DNA of 63,080 bases, filler included, from Octopus bimaculoides (taxonomy: Eukaryota), in the NCBI RefSeq assembly GCF_001194135.2. It is 8 parts of 7 records of this genome, joined end to end, with 100 filler letters (N's around TTAATTAATTAA, not from the genome) between each part and the next. Parts side by side here need not be neighbours in the genome. Positions count along the whole stretch, not along the records: positions 1 to 8,307 come from NC_069007.1; positions 8,408 to 11,922 come from NC_068983.1; 6 more parts are not named here. One strand, written 5' to 3'. Of the stretch, positions 1 to 9,603 are shown in pieces; positions within the stretch are counted from its first letter, which is position 1, and the number at the start of each line of letters is the position of its first letter. The notes below the pieces were generated by a model, which was not told where the DNA came from, did not search any database, and saw only the letters and a list, made by a program, of their open reading frames with translations. A program made the translations under genes and the position numbers.

Positions 1-117
1 ATATATGTTGATTTTAATCACCTTATTTTGCTTATTTTGATTTATATATATATATATATATATATATACATAAATAACAAAAGCGAGAAGACAAAACGAA
101 GTTGTTACTCCACTTAC

Positions 118-763
118 CGCCGACAATCATAACTCCACCATTGACTGCCTTAATCAATTCATCGATGAACGGCGTCGATGACAGAGACTGCTTGCCCAGA
201 TACGTATCGATAAAAGCTGCTCCCATCTCAACAAGGAACCCGAGAGCGATAGACGTGACCAAGTCGGTGTCGCAAGAAACTTCGTAGTACCTCACGTGGT
301 GATCTTCAATCATGTCTAGCGACCAAACCAGCTGGGCCAGTCGGTAGGCAGCAAGACCGCCAAAACACTGAACCACAATTTTCAATATTGCCTTGTCGAA
401 TCCAATCTCACGTTTCGAAAATTCGTCCAGCGCCTTGATAGGATTTTCGGATGCACCTTCCAGGGTCCTGTTCGAAATAAGAATCTCCAGCACGATGACA
501 AAGAAGAATACAGTGTATCCGTAGTGTTTCAGAACGAAATTGTTCTCAAAGAAATACGAACACACTTCCATGGTGGCCACAAATTCGACCAAGTAGACCT
601 GAATACTGGCAGGCATGATGGCTTTGGTAAGTTTTCTTAGAACCAGTCCAAGAGTGATGACGACCAGTAAGTAGACGACTGTTGCCATGTAAGGCTCCAG
701 GTAGTCCGTTTCCGGAACTGTCACCCCTGCCACCATCTGGTATAACTGTCGGTAATTCATTGG
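118..763 (-). CDS. AQP11/12: Aquaporin-11/12-like (unorthodox/superaquaporin), large coding exon; downstream exon(s) lie beyond the left window edge
   Basis: The frame reads (P)MNYRQLY...VYLVEFVATMEVCSYFFEN...RTLEGASENPIKAL...LAQLVWSLDMIEDHH...SCDTDL...GFLVEMGAAF...MIVGG, with multiple hydrophobic helices and the AQP11/12-type GAS.NP motif. The acceptor is tttcag|CCA ATG (exon starts 763, ATG at 760) and the donor is GGCG|gtaagt (exon ends 118). The supplied 330-aa ORF wrongly includes upstream microsatellite and downstream intron. Confidence 0.85.
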
Positions 764-789
764 CTGAAAGATAACAATGAGAAATAAAG

Positions 790-959
790 CAAACGTACAT
801 AAAGGCATACATACATGCATACATACATACATACATACATACACATACGTACGTACATACAAACATACGTACGTACATACATACATACATACAAACACAT
901 ACGTACGAACATACACATACCAACGTACATACATACCAGCACATGCGTACGTACATACA

Positions 960-991
<32 letters not shown>

Positions 992-1025
992 CACGCACTC
1001 ACACACACACATGCGTATATGCATA
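790..1025. repeat. (TACA)n/(CA)n compound microsatellite, representative of dozens in the window
   Basis: Direct tandem repeats; these generate the spurious MYVC/HTYI/YIYI ORFs. Confidence 0.95.
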
Positions 1026-1406
1026 TTCGCAACTCAGGGTTTCACGTTTCCGACTGTTCAAACGACGTACAATCGTTTGAACATTTCAAATCACGGAGCA
1101 TAGATTTAGATCGAAGTTTCAGTTACATACAGAATATGAACATTTCACTCTCAGGACTCAGTAAATTTTTCTCCGTTTATAAACATAAAATTTTTATAAT
1201 AAATGTGTGTTTGTGTGTATATACATATGTCTGTATGGTCTATGATTATATGTGACTGTGTACATTATATAGGTATGTATACATATGTGTGTGTGTGTGT
1301 GTATATATAATATAAATAATATATATATATGCATATATTTATGTTATGTGTGTGAAATGAGTTAAATACGCAAACAACGAGAGAAAAAATGGAAAACAAG
1401 ACAAGT

Positions 1407-1493
1407 AACACAAAGAACGGCCCTTCATCAGTTGTCGGCTGTCTATCTACTCATCAGACAGCCGACAATTGATGAAGGGTTTTTCTTTATGTT
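1407..1493 (+). other. Long stem-loop (24-bp near-perfect upper stem, 11-nt loop, extended lower stem)
   Basis: cccttcatcagttgtcggctgtct (1421-1444) pairs with agacagccgacaattgatgaaggg (1456-1479) with one G.U pair. Pairing continues with a few mismatches to about 1407/1493. Confidence 0.8.
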
Positions 1494-1550
1494 TGCACAT
1501 AAGACATAGAGAGAAAACGGAAGAAAGGATGCGACACATACACACATACA

Positions 1551-1582
<32 letters not shown>

Positions 1583-1647
1583 CACACACACCACACATAC
1601 ACACACATACATACATACATACATACATACATACACACATGTACACA

Positions 1648-1684
<37 letters not shown>

Positions 1685-1688
1685 TACA

Positions 1689-1720
<32 letters not shown>

Positions 1721-2020
1721 CACATACATGAAATAAACAGGTGCAAAAGCAGCAAAATTGTTTAAAATCACAATCATAATTGCAACCAGAGCAAAGAAAA
1801 TATGCAAAAACAAACCAAAAACACAATACAACAAACTCTTCAGCAAAAGTAAACTGAAACAAGCAGCAACAGTGCAAAAAACGAAATGAGCATGCGCAAT
1901 AGACTTCCACAAAATACATCATCTATGACAAAATTAAATGTTTCACCCCCAAAGTACCACCTTCGTTACACTAAAGGATCGTAAATACATCGAGATCTCA
2001 CTGAAATACACACTCGTTAA

Positions 2021-2218
2021 TATTCTTTTCTGCTCTAGGCACAAGGCCCGAAATTTTGGGGAAGGAGGCCAGTCGATTAGATCGACCCGAGCACACAACT
2101 GGTACATAATTTATTGATACTGACAGGATGAAATGCAAAGTCGACCTCGGCGAAATTTGAACTCCGAACGTAAAGCATTTCGCCCGGCGTGTTAAAGTTT
2201 CTGCTAGTTCGTCGCCTT
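2021..2218 (-). mobile_element. tRNA-derived SINE, family A
   Basis: The minus strand reads GGCGACGAACTAGCAGAA...GGAGTTCAAATTTCGCCGAGGTCGAC (A/B-box-like). Homologous copies occur at about 44835-44990, 52632-52810 and 57838-57955. Confidence 0.8.
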
Positions 2219-2249
2219 ACAGACTCATTAATATTGTTGAAGATTGTAT

Positions 2250-2660
2250 CATAGCTAGCAGGGCAATCTTACATAGAATAGATGCCGTCATTTTGAGATC
2301 TGTAAATTCGAATGTGTTACTTAAGTAACTTAATTGCGTCGAAAATAAAGTGTAAATTTATACATTTCAATTTTATTGATCTATAAATTTCCATAAACGA
2401 AGATTTTCTTATAAAAGTTAAAATTTTCCCTTGAAGATAAACAATGGGATCTATATATTATTTTGCCAGTCAGAAGATCCCTCCTATTTGCTGGGATAAA
2501 AAAATAGAGAACATGAGGTTCGTGTAACTATAGGATGCGGTACCGGAGTCAAAATATATAAGAGCTCTCTTAAAACATTGGTAGGTCTGTACAGCGATGA
2601 CGGGCTCAAGGTTTCGAATGTTATGAGCAGGCACACATCTGACACATTAGTCACAGGTTT
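2250..2660 (+). mobile_element. Penelope-like element reverse transcriptase fossil
   Basis: The frameshifted translation SRAILHRID..VENK..KFIHFNFIDL..SINEDFL..RRSLLF..VTIG..GLYSDDGL matches PLE RT motifs (ILDRIN, FDVTMG, GLYRDDGL). Confidence 0.6.
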
Positions 2661-2907
2661 GATCTGAGTCTAAACAGCAACTATAACAAAATTAAGAATT
2701 AATAAAAACCCGTAAAATAAAACAAAATTTGTGTAACGCAAGAAGTAAAAATCTCTCTGAGCGAAGGCGTCTTGCAGTTGTCTTGAGCTTTGGTTCTCGA
2801 CCATTTCTTATGTAGGGACCTCTTTGATTACTATTTTATTCTGGTGGACACCCATAGTCATTCGATGTTTAGAACTTAATTTTATTGAAACTTCTTTCCA
2901 AATTCCT

Positions 2908-2986
2908 ATTTGCCCAAGGTGCCACGCAGTGGGACTGAACCCGGAACCATGTGGTTGAGAAGCAAACTTCTTACCACACAGCCACA
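2908..2986 (-). mobile_element. CORE-type tRNA-SINE head fragment
   Basis: GTGGCTGTGTGGTAAGAAGTTTGCTT...GGTTCAGTCCCACTGCGTGGCACCTTGGGCAAAT. Related pieces occur at about 8520-8710, 21990-22140, 36655-36800, 37080-37250, 44995-45300, 49045-49270, 51260-51420, 52180-52360 and 56690-56790. Confidence 0.8.
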
Positions 2987-3189
2987 AACTCTCTTGTGCA
3001 CGGGAAACAGCGAGAATCAGAACGATGACATTCATATCCATTCATTCTTAAAACTTTCTTCCTTCAGACAATTGTGTTCATAACACACTCTGTATATTGG
3101 GAGTAAGGTGACTGGGACATCCAGTGTTTCAACATTGTTGTGTCTCCTCAGTCAAACCTAACCCGGACTGATGAATCTAACAAGACTTT

Positions 3190-3610
3190 GTGGTTCTTGT
3201 TTACAAATAAAGAAAACAAATTCTTTGCTGATCCGTCCTAACATCATCCAACCAATAAATCATTCTGTGCACGATGAACATCGAGAATCAAAATGATGGT
3301 ATATTTAGTCTTAATAAGAAAGCGATTAATATAGTTAGTCAAATTATCTTGCATAGAATAAATGTCAATGACCTGGAATACATAAACTTGAATCTGAAAA
3401 ATAATACTGTGCCAATTATTACATGGTCTATTGGCTTCGAAAACGTAAAGTAAATGAAAATCTATCTATTCCGATTTCAGCAATTAGTATATTTTCATAA
3501 ACGAAAATTTCCGTCTAAAAGATATTGTTTTTACTTGACAATGAACAGCTAATCACTGCTGTATTCTACCATGGCAGACCAACTCTTTTCAGACGACTGT
3601 GTATGTACTT
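3190..3610 (+). mobile_element. Second Penelope-like RT fossil
   Basis: The degenerate translation NIVSQIILHRIN..NLN..KNNT..IITW..FEN...FYHGRPTLF is paralogous to 2250-2500. Confidence 0.5.
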
Positions 3611-4159
3611 ACACATACTTGATTCATTAACGTAAGGAACTTAGGATTCGGGACCTTTCAAGAACGAATATGGAGGTCATCGTTCTGTCGTTTTTTTTTA
3701 TTCATATGCGTTTGAATTTTACTCCCCACCCAAAACGCATGCAATAAATTTAAAGGGGATCATTGCATGCAACAAACAAAAACGGCAAAGGCGAAAGTAG
3801 ATCTACGGAGCTATGAAGAAAGCAGTTTAGTGTTTGAAAACATGAGAAGTTAAATTGTTCGAGGTTGCCCTGATATTGAAAAGAAAAAAACATTGTCAAA
3901 CTATCTTTTTTCGATGAATCAAACAAAATTAACAATGGCAAGTAGAAGGTAGCAACGGTTATTGGTCAAACTGTGTTCTGAGCGAAAACAAGAAAACAAA
4001 CAGTAGTGCAGCTCATGCAAATGTATACACACATGCATATATNNNNNNNNNNNNNNNNNNNNNNNNNNNNNNNNNNNNNNNNNNNNNNNNNNNNNNNNNN
4101 NNNNNNNNNNNNNNNNNNNNNNNNNNNNNNCACGCACAAACATATACAATGATAATAAC

Positions 4160-4600
4160 CTCGATTCCAAGCATGTTCAAAGGCGAAAACACTTGGCTAT
4201 CTGCTGCAGCTTCGGCAACGTTATTCATGGTTTCTGTAAGGACGTCTGCCGCTGAGTCTTCAATAACCCCTTCAAATATTCCTTCTGTGACTGACTCAGT
4301 GGCGGCCTCTAGCACAGAGTCACTAGCTGCTTCTAGTATTGACTCAGTAGCGGTTTCGAATGCTGACTCGGTTGCTGCTTCTAGTATCGACTCGGTGGCG
4401 GTTTCGAACACAGACTCGGTGGCTGTTTCTAACACAGACTCGGCGGCTGACTCCAATATGGTACTGGCTGCACTTTCTACTATGGAATCGGTCACTGCTT
4501 CTGCTACAGACTCTGCTGCCCCATTCACTACAGATTCCGTTGCTGCATTCACTACTGACTCAGCAGCAGTCTTCACAATGGATTCTGCTGCTTCCTCCAT
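4160..4600 (-). CDS. Candidate exon encoding a 147-aa acidic Ala/Glu/Ser/Thr-rich 8-aa tandem repeat (ESVLE[A/T]AT-like); possible first coding exon of the aquaporin
   Basis: The ATG in ttcgATGG sits at the start of a degenerate 24-bp repeat with third-position variation. It is 441 bp to a weak GAG|gttatt donor, phase 0, which matches the phase-0 acceptor at 763. The plus-strand frame is also open (4149-4658), so the strand is not proven. Confidence 0.5.
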
Positions 4601-5308
4601 CGAAGACTTAAATAAAACCTTTCTTTCGATTCGGGATCACAACAATAAACCCAAGTGATGAAGGCGAACTTGTTAAGAAATAACTGAGACGTTAAGGTGG
4701 ACGTGACACGGTCTCCAAATGATCAATGTTATGCTGTACTGTTCACTCTTTGATTTCGCTCACTTACTCTGTTCCATTTACTGAATCCAGTGATCCCCCA
4801 GCGTATCTCAGTCTTCGGTGGTTTATTTGTCTGTTAGTTTATTACTGTTAATATTATTATGGCTATTGCTATCAATACTATTCTTTCTTCTTTATAAGTT
4901 TGTAACGACAAATTTTTTATCGCCTGTCGTCAGCCGCCTTTTAATAGATCATCGGAGAACACACCCAAATTGTTGAGGGATACCTGAAAGATATATGCAT
5001 ACATATATACATACATATACATATATACGAGTATATTATTGTACACAGAAAATATAATACAACACAATACAACTTGGTCAGGCGTTAAGTTACAGGACTG
5101 TAACGTGGAAGACATGAAGCTAAGCAAAATGGTTTGGAAAAATTTTATTTTAAAATGAAAAGGAAAATGGTAAGTGAATTAGAAGTGTATAAGATTCTGT
5201 ATATTGCTATCTCGGTGTCTGGATATGTCTACGATTATTTCTACATTATGTGGTAGGTAATATGTATGTATGTATGTACGTATGTATGTATGTATATACA
5301 TACATACA

Positions 5309-5341
<33 letters not shown>

Positions 5342-6027
5342 NNNNNNNNNNNNNNNNNNNNNNNNNNNNNNNNNNNNNNNNNNNNNNNNNNNNNNNNNNN
5401 NNNNNNNNNNNNNNNNNNNNNNNNNNNNNNNNNNNNNNNNNNNNNNNNNNNNNNNNNNNNNNNNNNNNNNNNNNNNNNNNNNNNNNNNNNNNNNNNNNNN
5501 NNNNNNNNNNNNNNNNNNNNNNNNNNNNNNNNNNNNNNNNNNNNNNNNNNNNNNNNNNNNNNNNNNNNNNNNNNNNNNNNNNNNNNNNNNNNNNNNNNNN
5601 NNNNNNNNNNNNNNNNNNNNNNNNNNNNNNNNNNNNNNNNNNNNNNNNNNNNNNNNNNNNNNNNNNNNNNNNNNNNNNNNNNNNNNNNNNNNNNNNNNNN
5701 NNNNNNNNNNNNNNNNNNNNNNNNNNNNNNNNNNNNNNNNNNNNNNNNNNNNNNNNNNNNNNNNNNNNNNNNNNNNNNNNNNNNNNNNNNNNNNNNNNNN
5801 NNNNNNNNNNNNNNNNNNNNNNNNNNNNNNNNNNNNNNNNNNNNNNNNNNNNNNNNNNNNNNNNNNNNNNNNNNNNNNNNNNNNNNNNNNNNNNNNNNNN
5901 NNNNNNNNNNNNNNNNNNNNNNNNNNNNNNNNNNNNNNNNNNNNNNNNNNNNNNNNAACTAATACACCTGCTTGTTGTTCATACACCTGTCTTCGTCTTT
6001 TGTTTTTCTATAAACTTCAACTGCATA

Positions 6028-6431
6028 CCGTAAATCCTCGAGTATAGTCCGCTCTTGAGCATAATACACAGGGGATTTTTAGGGGGCTGTACCTCTGAAA
6101 AACCTAAAACTTGTGTATAATACGCACCCCTTCTCTAACTTGAGTCAAGGAGGTCTGTATAACGTCCTTGGTTTGTAAACATATATACGGTAACGTCCTT
6201 TATTATTATTGTATATATAACATAATGCAAACGTGTAGCTTTTTTGTGCGCTTTGCAGAAAATCAAGAAATAACAGTAATAACGTCAGTGAAAAATAAAT
6301 ATTAAATTGCCTTTACATATTTATCACTAAGAAAATATTCTTTCATTTTTAATCTCGTATATAGTACGCTCTAGAAATTTTGAATTTTAAATTTTGGGAA
6401 AAAAGTGCGGATTATACTCGAGAATTTACAG
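6028..6431. mobile_element. Tc1/mariner-superfamily (pogo-type) MITE
   Basis: About 25-bp TIRs, ccgtaaatcctcgagtatagtccgc and the reverse complement ctgtaaattctcgagtataatccgc, flanked by TA at 6026-6027 and 6432-6433. Confidence 0.85.
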
Positions 6432-6616
6432 TATGTATGTATGGATAATATATATATAAATAAATAAATATATATATATATAAATAAACAAATCTACACG
6501 TATATATAAATAAATANNNNNNNNNNNNNNNNNNNNNNNNNNNNNNNNNNNNNNNNNNNNNNNNNNNNNNNNNNNNNNNNNNNNNNNNNNNNNNNNNNNN
6601 NNNNNNNNNNNNNNNN

Positions 6617-7505
6617 CGGATAGCTAGATAGCTGCATAGACATTTAGAAAAATTAAAGCTCCGGTACGGGAGACATGTAATTAGAAAAGAATGGCAAAAG
6701 GGATTCTTCGAGCTGACTCCAAACCAGCAGGAGAGCTAGGGATAGACCAAGAATGAGACTGTTGGACGATATCCGTAATCTCAGTTAGAATCCAGCCAGA
6801 AAGTCTAATGACGGTTGCTTCTGATAAGACCCTATGCTGGAGGCAATTGAGATTTCTACCCCAACAACCTGCCCAGGAATAGTAGGTGGAGAAGATGGAT
6901 AGATGGATAGATAGATACACAGACTGTTTGAAAGATTAAAGCTCTGGTACAAGAGACACGTGATTAGAATGTCGCAGGAAAGCATCGCAAGACGGATTCT
7001 TCAACCTGAGCAACTGGTAGGAGACCTAGAGGTAGACCAAGAACAAGATGGTTGAATAATATTCGTTAGCCTCAGTTGGTGACGCCTGGGAATCTATCCA
7101 GAAAGTATAATGATGCTCGCTTTTGATAGAACCCTTTGAAGGAGGTACCCTGAGGGCTACAACACTGCGACCCTCCGAGCAGTAGCGGGTAGAAACGATG
7201 GATGGATAGCTAGATAGCTGCGTAGATAGATCGACTGATTCCAGTCCCGATAATATGGACACGATCAGAATGTTACCAGCAAGACTTGGAAGACGGATTC
7301 TTCGAAACAAGTCAAGCGGCAGGAGCTCTCGAGGCAGATAAAGAATGAGACGGTTGATTGATTTCCATTGCCTCAGTTGGTCATGCTTGTGAATCTAGCC
7401 AGGTGTAACAGTGGTTGCGTCTGATAGGACCCTATGGAGAAGGTGCCTAACGATTCTACCTCCAGGACCCTCCCAAGAATAGTGGGCAGAGAAGACGGAC
7501 AGATT
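6617..7505 (+). mobile_element. Three head-to-tail diverged RTE-like LINE 3' ends (about 293-bp period) with GATA/GGAT tails
   Basis: Each unit encodes a decayed W.GHVIRM..RRIL..RPRGRPR.RW..W C-terminus. The RGRPR-type motifs are at about 6732, 7022 and 7323. Confidence 0.65.
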
Positions 7506-7512
7506 AAAAAAA

Positions 7513-7514
<2 letters not shown>

Positions 7515-7550
<36 letters not shown>

Positions 7551-8187
7551 TAATAATAATAAATGCCCGGATTCAGTACCAGGATGCCCGGATGCAGTAC
7601 CAGGATGCCCGGATGCAGTACCAGGATGCCCGGATGCAGTACCAGGCAGTGTCTCTCATGTCTTCTGATCTTAATCGATTGGAAGTGTTATCATGTACAT
7701 TGTTTTGTCTTGGTATAAAAGATGGGCTACAGCAAATATTCTGCTCAATACCACAGATTTGCTTGTCAGTTGTTTGACCTTAACCAGTTGAGCATGTCCC
7801 TTGGTGGCTGACGATATGTACCCCTCTGATCACGAGCAGAAGTAGTGGGGGAACATCATATCCACGTGTTGAGAGGAGTTCTTTGGGGTTTGAATAATTC
7901 ACCTTTGGATACATGGGTGTTTTGCTCAACATCCTTAAACAACCCTTATTCAGGAACCTTTTGAGCTGGATTGGGCTACTCGACCTGAAGAAAATTCTAA
8001 CTGGGCCCCACCTGCGAGGTCATGCGCTGTTTATCATGATATGAGATCACCATGTCGCGCACATATGGTTGTGATGCATGTGCCTTGTGTACCCTTATCA
8101 GACGGGTTGTCATGATGGGTATACTGGGTTTCATATATTTGTACCCCAGTGTCACTTTAATGGCAAGCACTGTTCTCTTACTCAATG

Positions 8188-8240
<53 letters not shown>
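7515..8240 (+). mobile_element. Non-coding interspersed element (family D) with four 21-bp tandem repeats at its 5' end, embedded in (AAT)n
   Basis: gcccggatgcagtaccaggat occurs four times at 7565-7648. The body is homologous to 17886-18290. (AAT)n lies on both sides. Confidence 0.75.
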
Positions 8241-8241
<1 letters not shown>

Positions 8242-8307
8242 GTTTCAAATTTTGCTACAAGAGCAGCCATTTTGTGGGAGGGGATGAGTCAATTACATCC
8301 ACCCCAG

Positions 8308-8407
8308 NNNNNNNNNNNNNNNNNNNNNNNNNNNNNNNNNNNNNNNNNNNNTTAATTAATTAANNNNNNNNNNNNNNNNNNNNNNNNNNNNNNNNNNNNN
8401 NNNNNNN
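8308..8407. other. Artificial scaffold-joining pad (44 N + TTAATTAATTAA + 44 N); also at 11923-12022, 17436-17535, 43278-43377, 53016-53115, 59422-59521 and 61453-61552
   Basis: Identical 100-bp geometry seven times; the 12-mer is palindromic with stop codons in all six frames. Confidence 0.95.
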
Positions 8408-8751
8408 GTCTTTCTGCTCTCATTGTGTTTTAACTTCTTTATACTTACATAATAATAAATTGTTCAACCGTCAGATTTATATTAATATTTGAAGGTTAGA
8501 ATCTTTTTCTTTGTTTTCTTTTGTTTGTTTCAGTCATCAGACTGTGGCAATGTTGGGGCACTACCCTGAAGAACTTTAGTCAAACTAATCATCCCCAGTA
8601 CATAGTTATTTAAGCATGGTTCTCCTTCTATCAGTCTCTGATGCCAATCCACTAAGTTATGGGTACATAAGGACACCAGCACTAGTTGTCAAGTAGTGGT
8701 GGGTGACAAATACAGACCCCCCCACACACAAACACACACACACACACACAC

Positions 8752-9600
8752 ACAGGGTCCGATGGGTAAATTGTTACCATTTTATATCATTAATTTTATG
8801 CATGTACATTGTTTGTTTTTGATTTTGTTGACTACACAATATAGTAGGATCAGTTGGGCACTGTCTAGGAGAAAAACAGCTCCATGATGCAATTCACTCT
8901 GCCAGAAATTTGGAAATGACATTCTGTTATGCTTAGCATTTACACTGGAAGCTCTAATACGAACATTTCAGAGTGTTTGGGTGTCAATCTGAGTATTTGC
9001 TGTCTCCTCAAAACAAGTACCAAGAGTGATAAAAATCAAACATCCAGTCAACATCATGGTCTTTGGAGTGATCACTAGTGATGGCAACATTGTGCCTCCA
9101 TTCATCTTCCCACACAGCCTCAGACTCAACATGAAGGCCTACATCAAATGACTGGAGGAAGAGGTGCTGCCCTGGGTCAAGAGGGTGGCTGCAGGAAGAC
9201 CCTACGGCTGGCAACAGGACTCTGCACCATGCTACACAAGCTGGAGAACCTAGTCATGGCTATCAGACAATTTCTTCAACATCCTCACCCACCCCGCCCC
9301 AGATGTTAATCTGGCCACCTAACTCCTCAGACTGCAACTCTTTGATTATTATGTGTGGGTGCAGTTGAGCAAGAGACCAACAAATTTCCTTGTAAAACCA
9401 AAGATGAACTGAAGGCAAGGATTATGGCAGCATTCACCAACTTAAACAAGGAGACTGTCCAGAAGAGTTGCAGGAGATTCTGAAGTCATCTGAAGGCTGT
9501 GGTTGAAGTCAATGGCGATTTTATTGAATAAATTTACTCTTTGGTATTTCAAGATATGTTTATGTAACTTTGGTAAATATATCTGTTAAAATGAGATGTC
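8752..9600 (+). mobile_element. Tc1/mariner maT-type (DD37D-like) transposon, internally deleted and pseudogenised
   Basis: It starts with a CAGGGTCCG..-type TIR. The translation includes KHPVNIMVFGVITSDG..PPFIFP..YIK*LEEEVLPWVKRVAAGRPYGWQQDSAPC...WPPNSSDCN..DYYVW. Confidence 0.8.
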
Positions 9601-9603
9601 AGT

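Noticed and set aside
32-117. C-terminal KWSNNFVLSSRF.. of the supplied 330-aa aquaporin ORF
   Set aside because: It lies past a consensus gtaagt donor and runs into (TA)n, so it is intronic.
546-1922. ORFs rich in MYVC/HTYI/CV/YI (here and throughout, e.g. 22384-22655, 26113-27307, 29255-29788, 54270-55217)
   Set aside because: They are translations of (TACA)n, (CA)n and (TA)n microsatellites, with no splice or codon signal.
4650-4700. tgatgaaggc..gagacgtt as a degenerate hammerhead upstream of the repeat ORF
   Set aside because: The core lacks C3-U4, GAAAC is altered and no convincing stems form.
5246-6047. Long ORFs consisting mainly of X (also 24223-24997, 27272-28230, 31123-31714, 41005-41547, 49418-49901)
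   Set aside because: They are artefacts of translating through N gaps.
7565-7648. Regular 21-bp direct repeats considered as a CRISPR-like array
   Set aside because: They are head-to-tail repeats without spacers, in a eukaryotic context with no cas genes.
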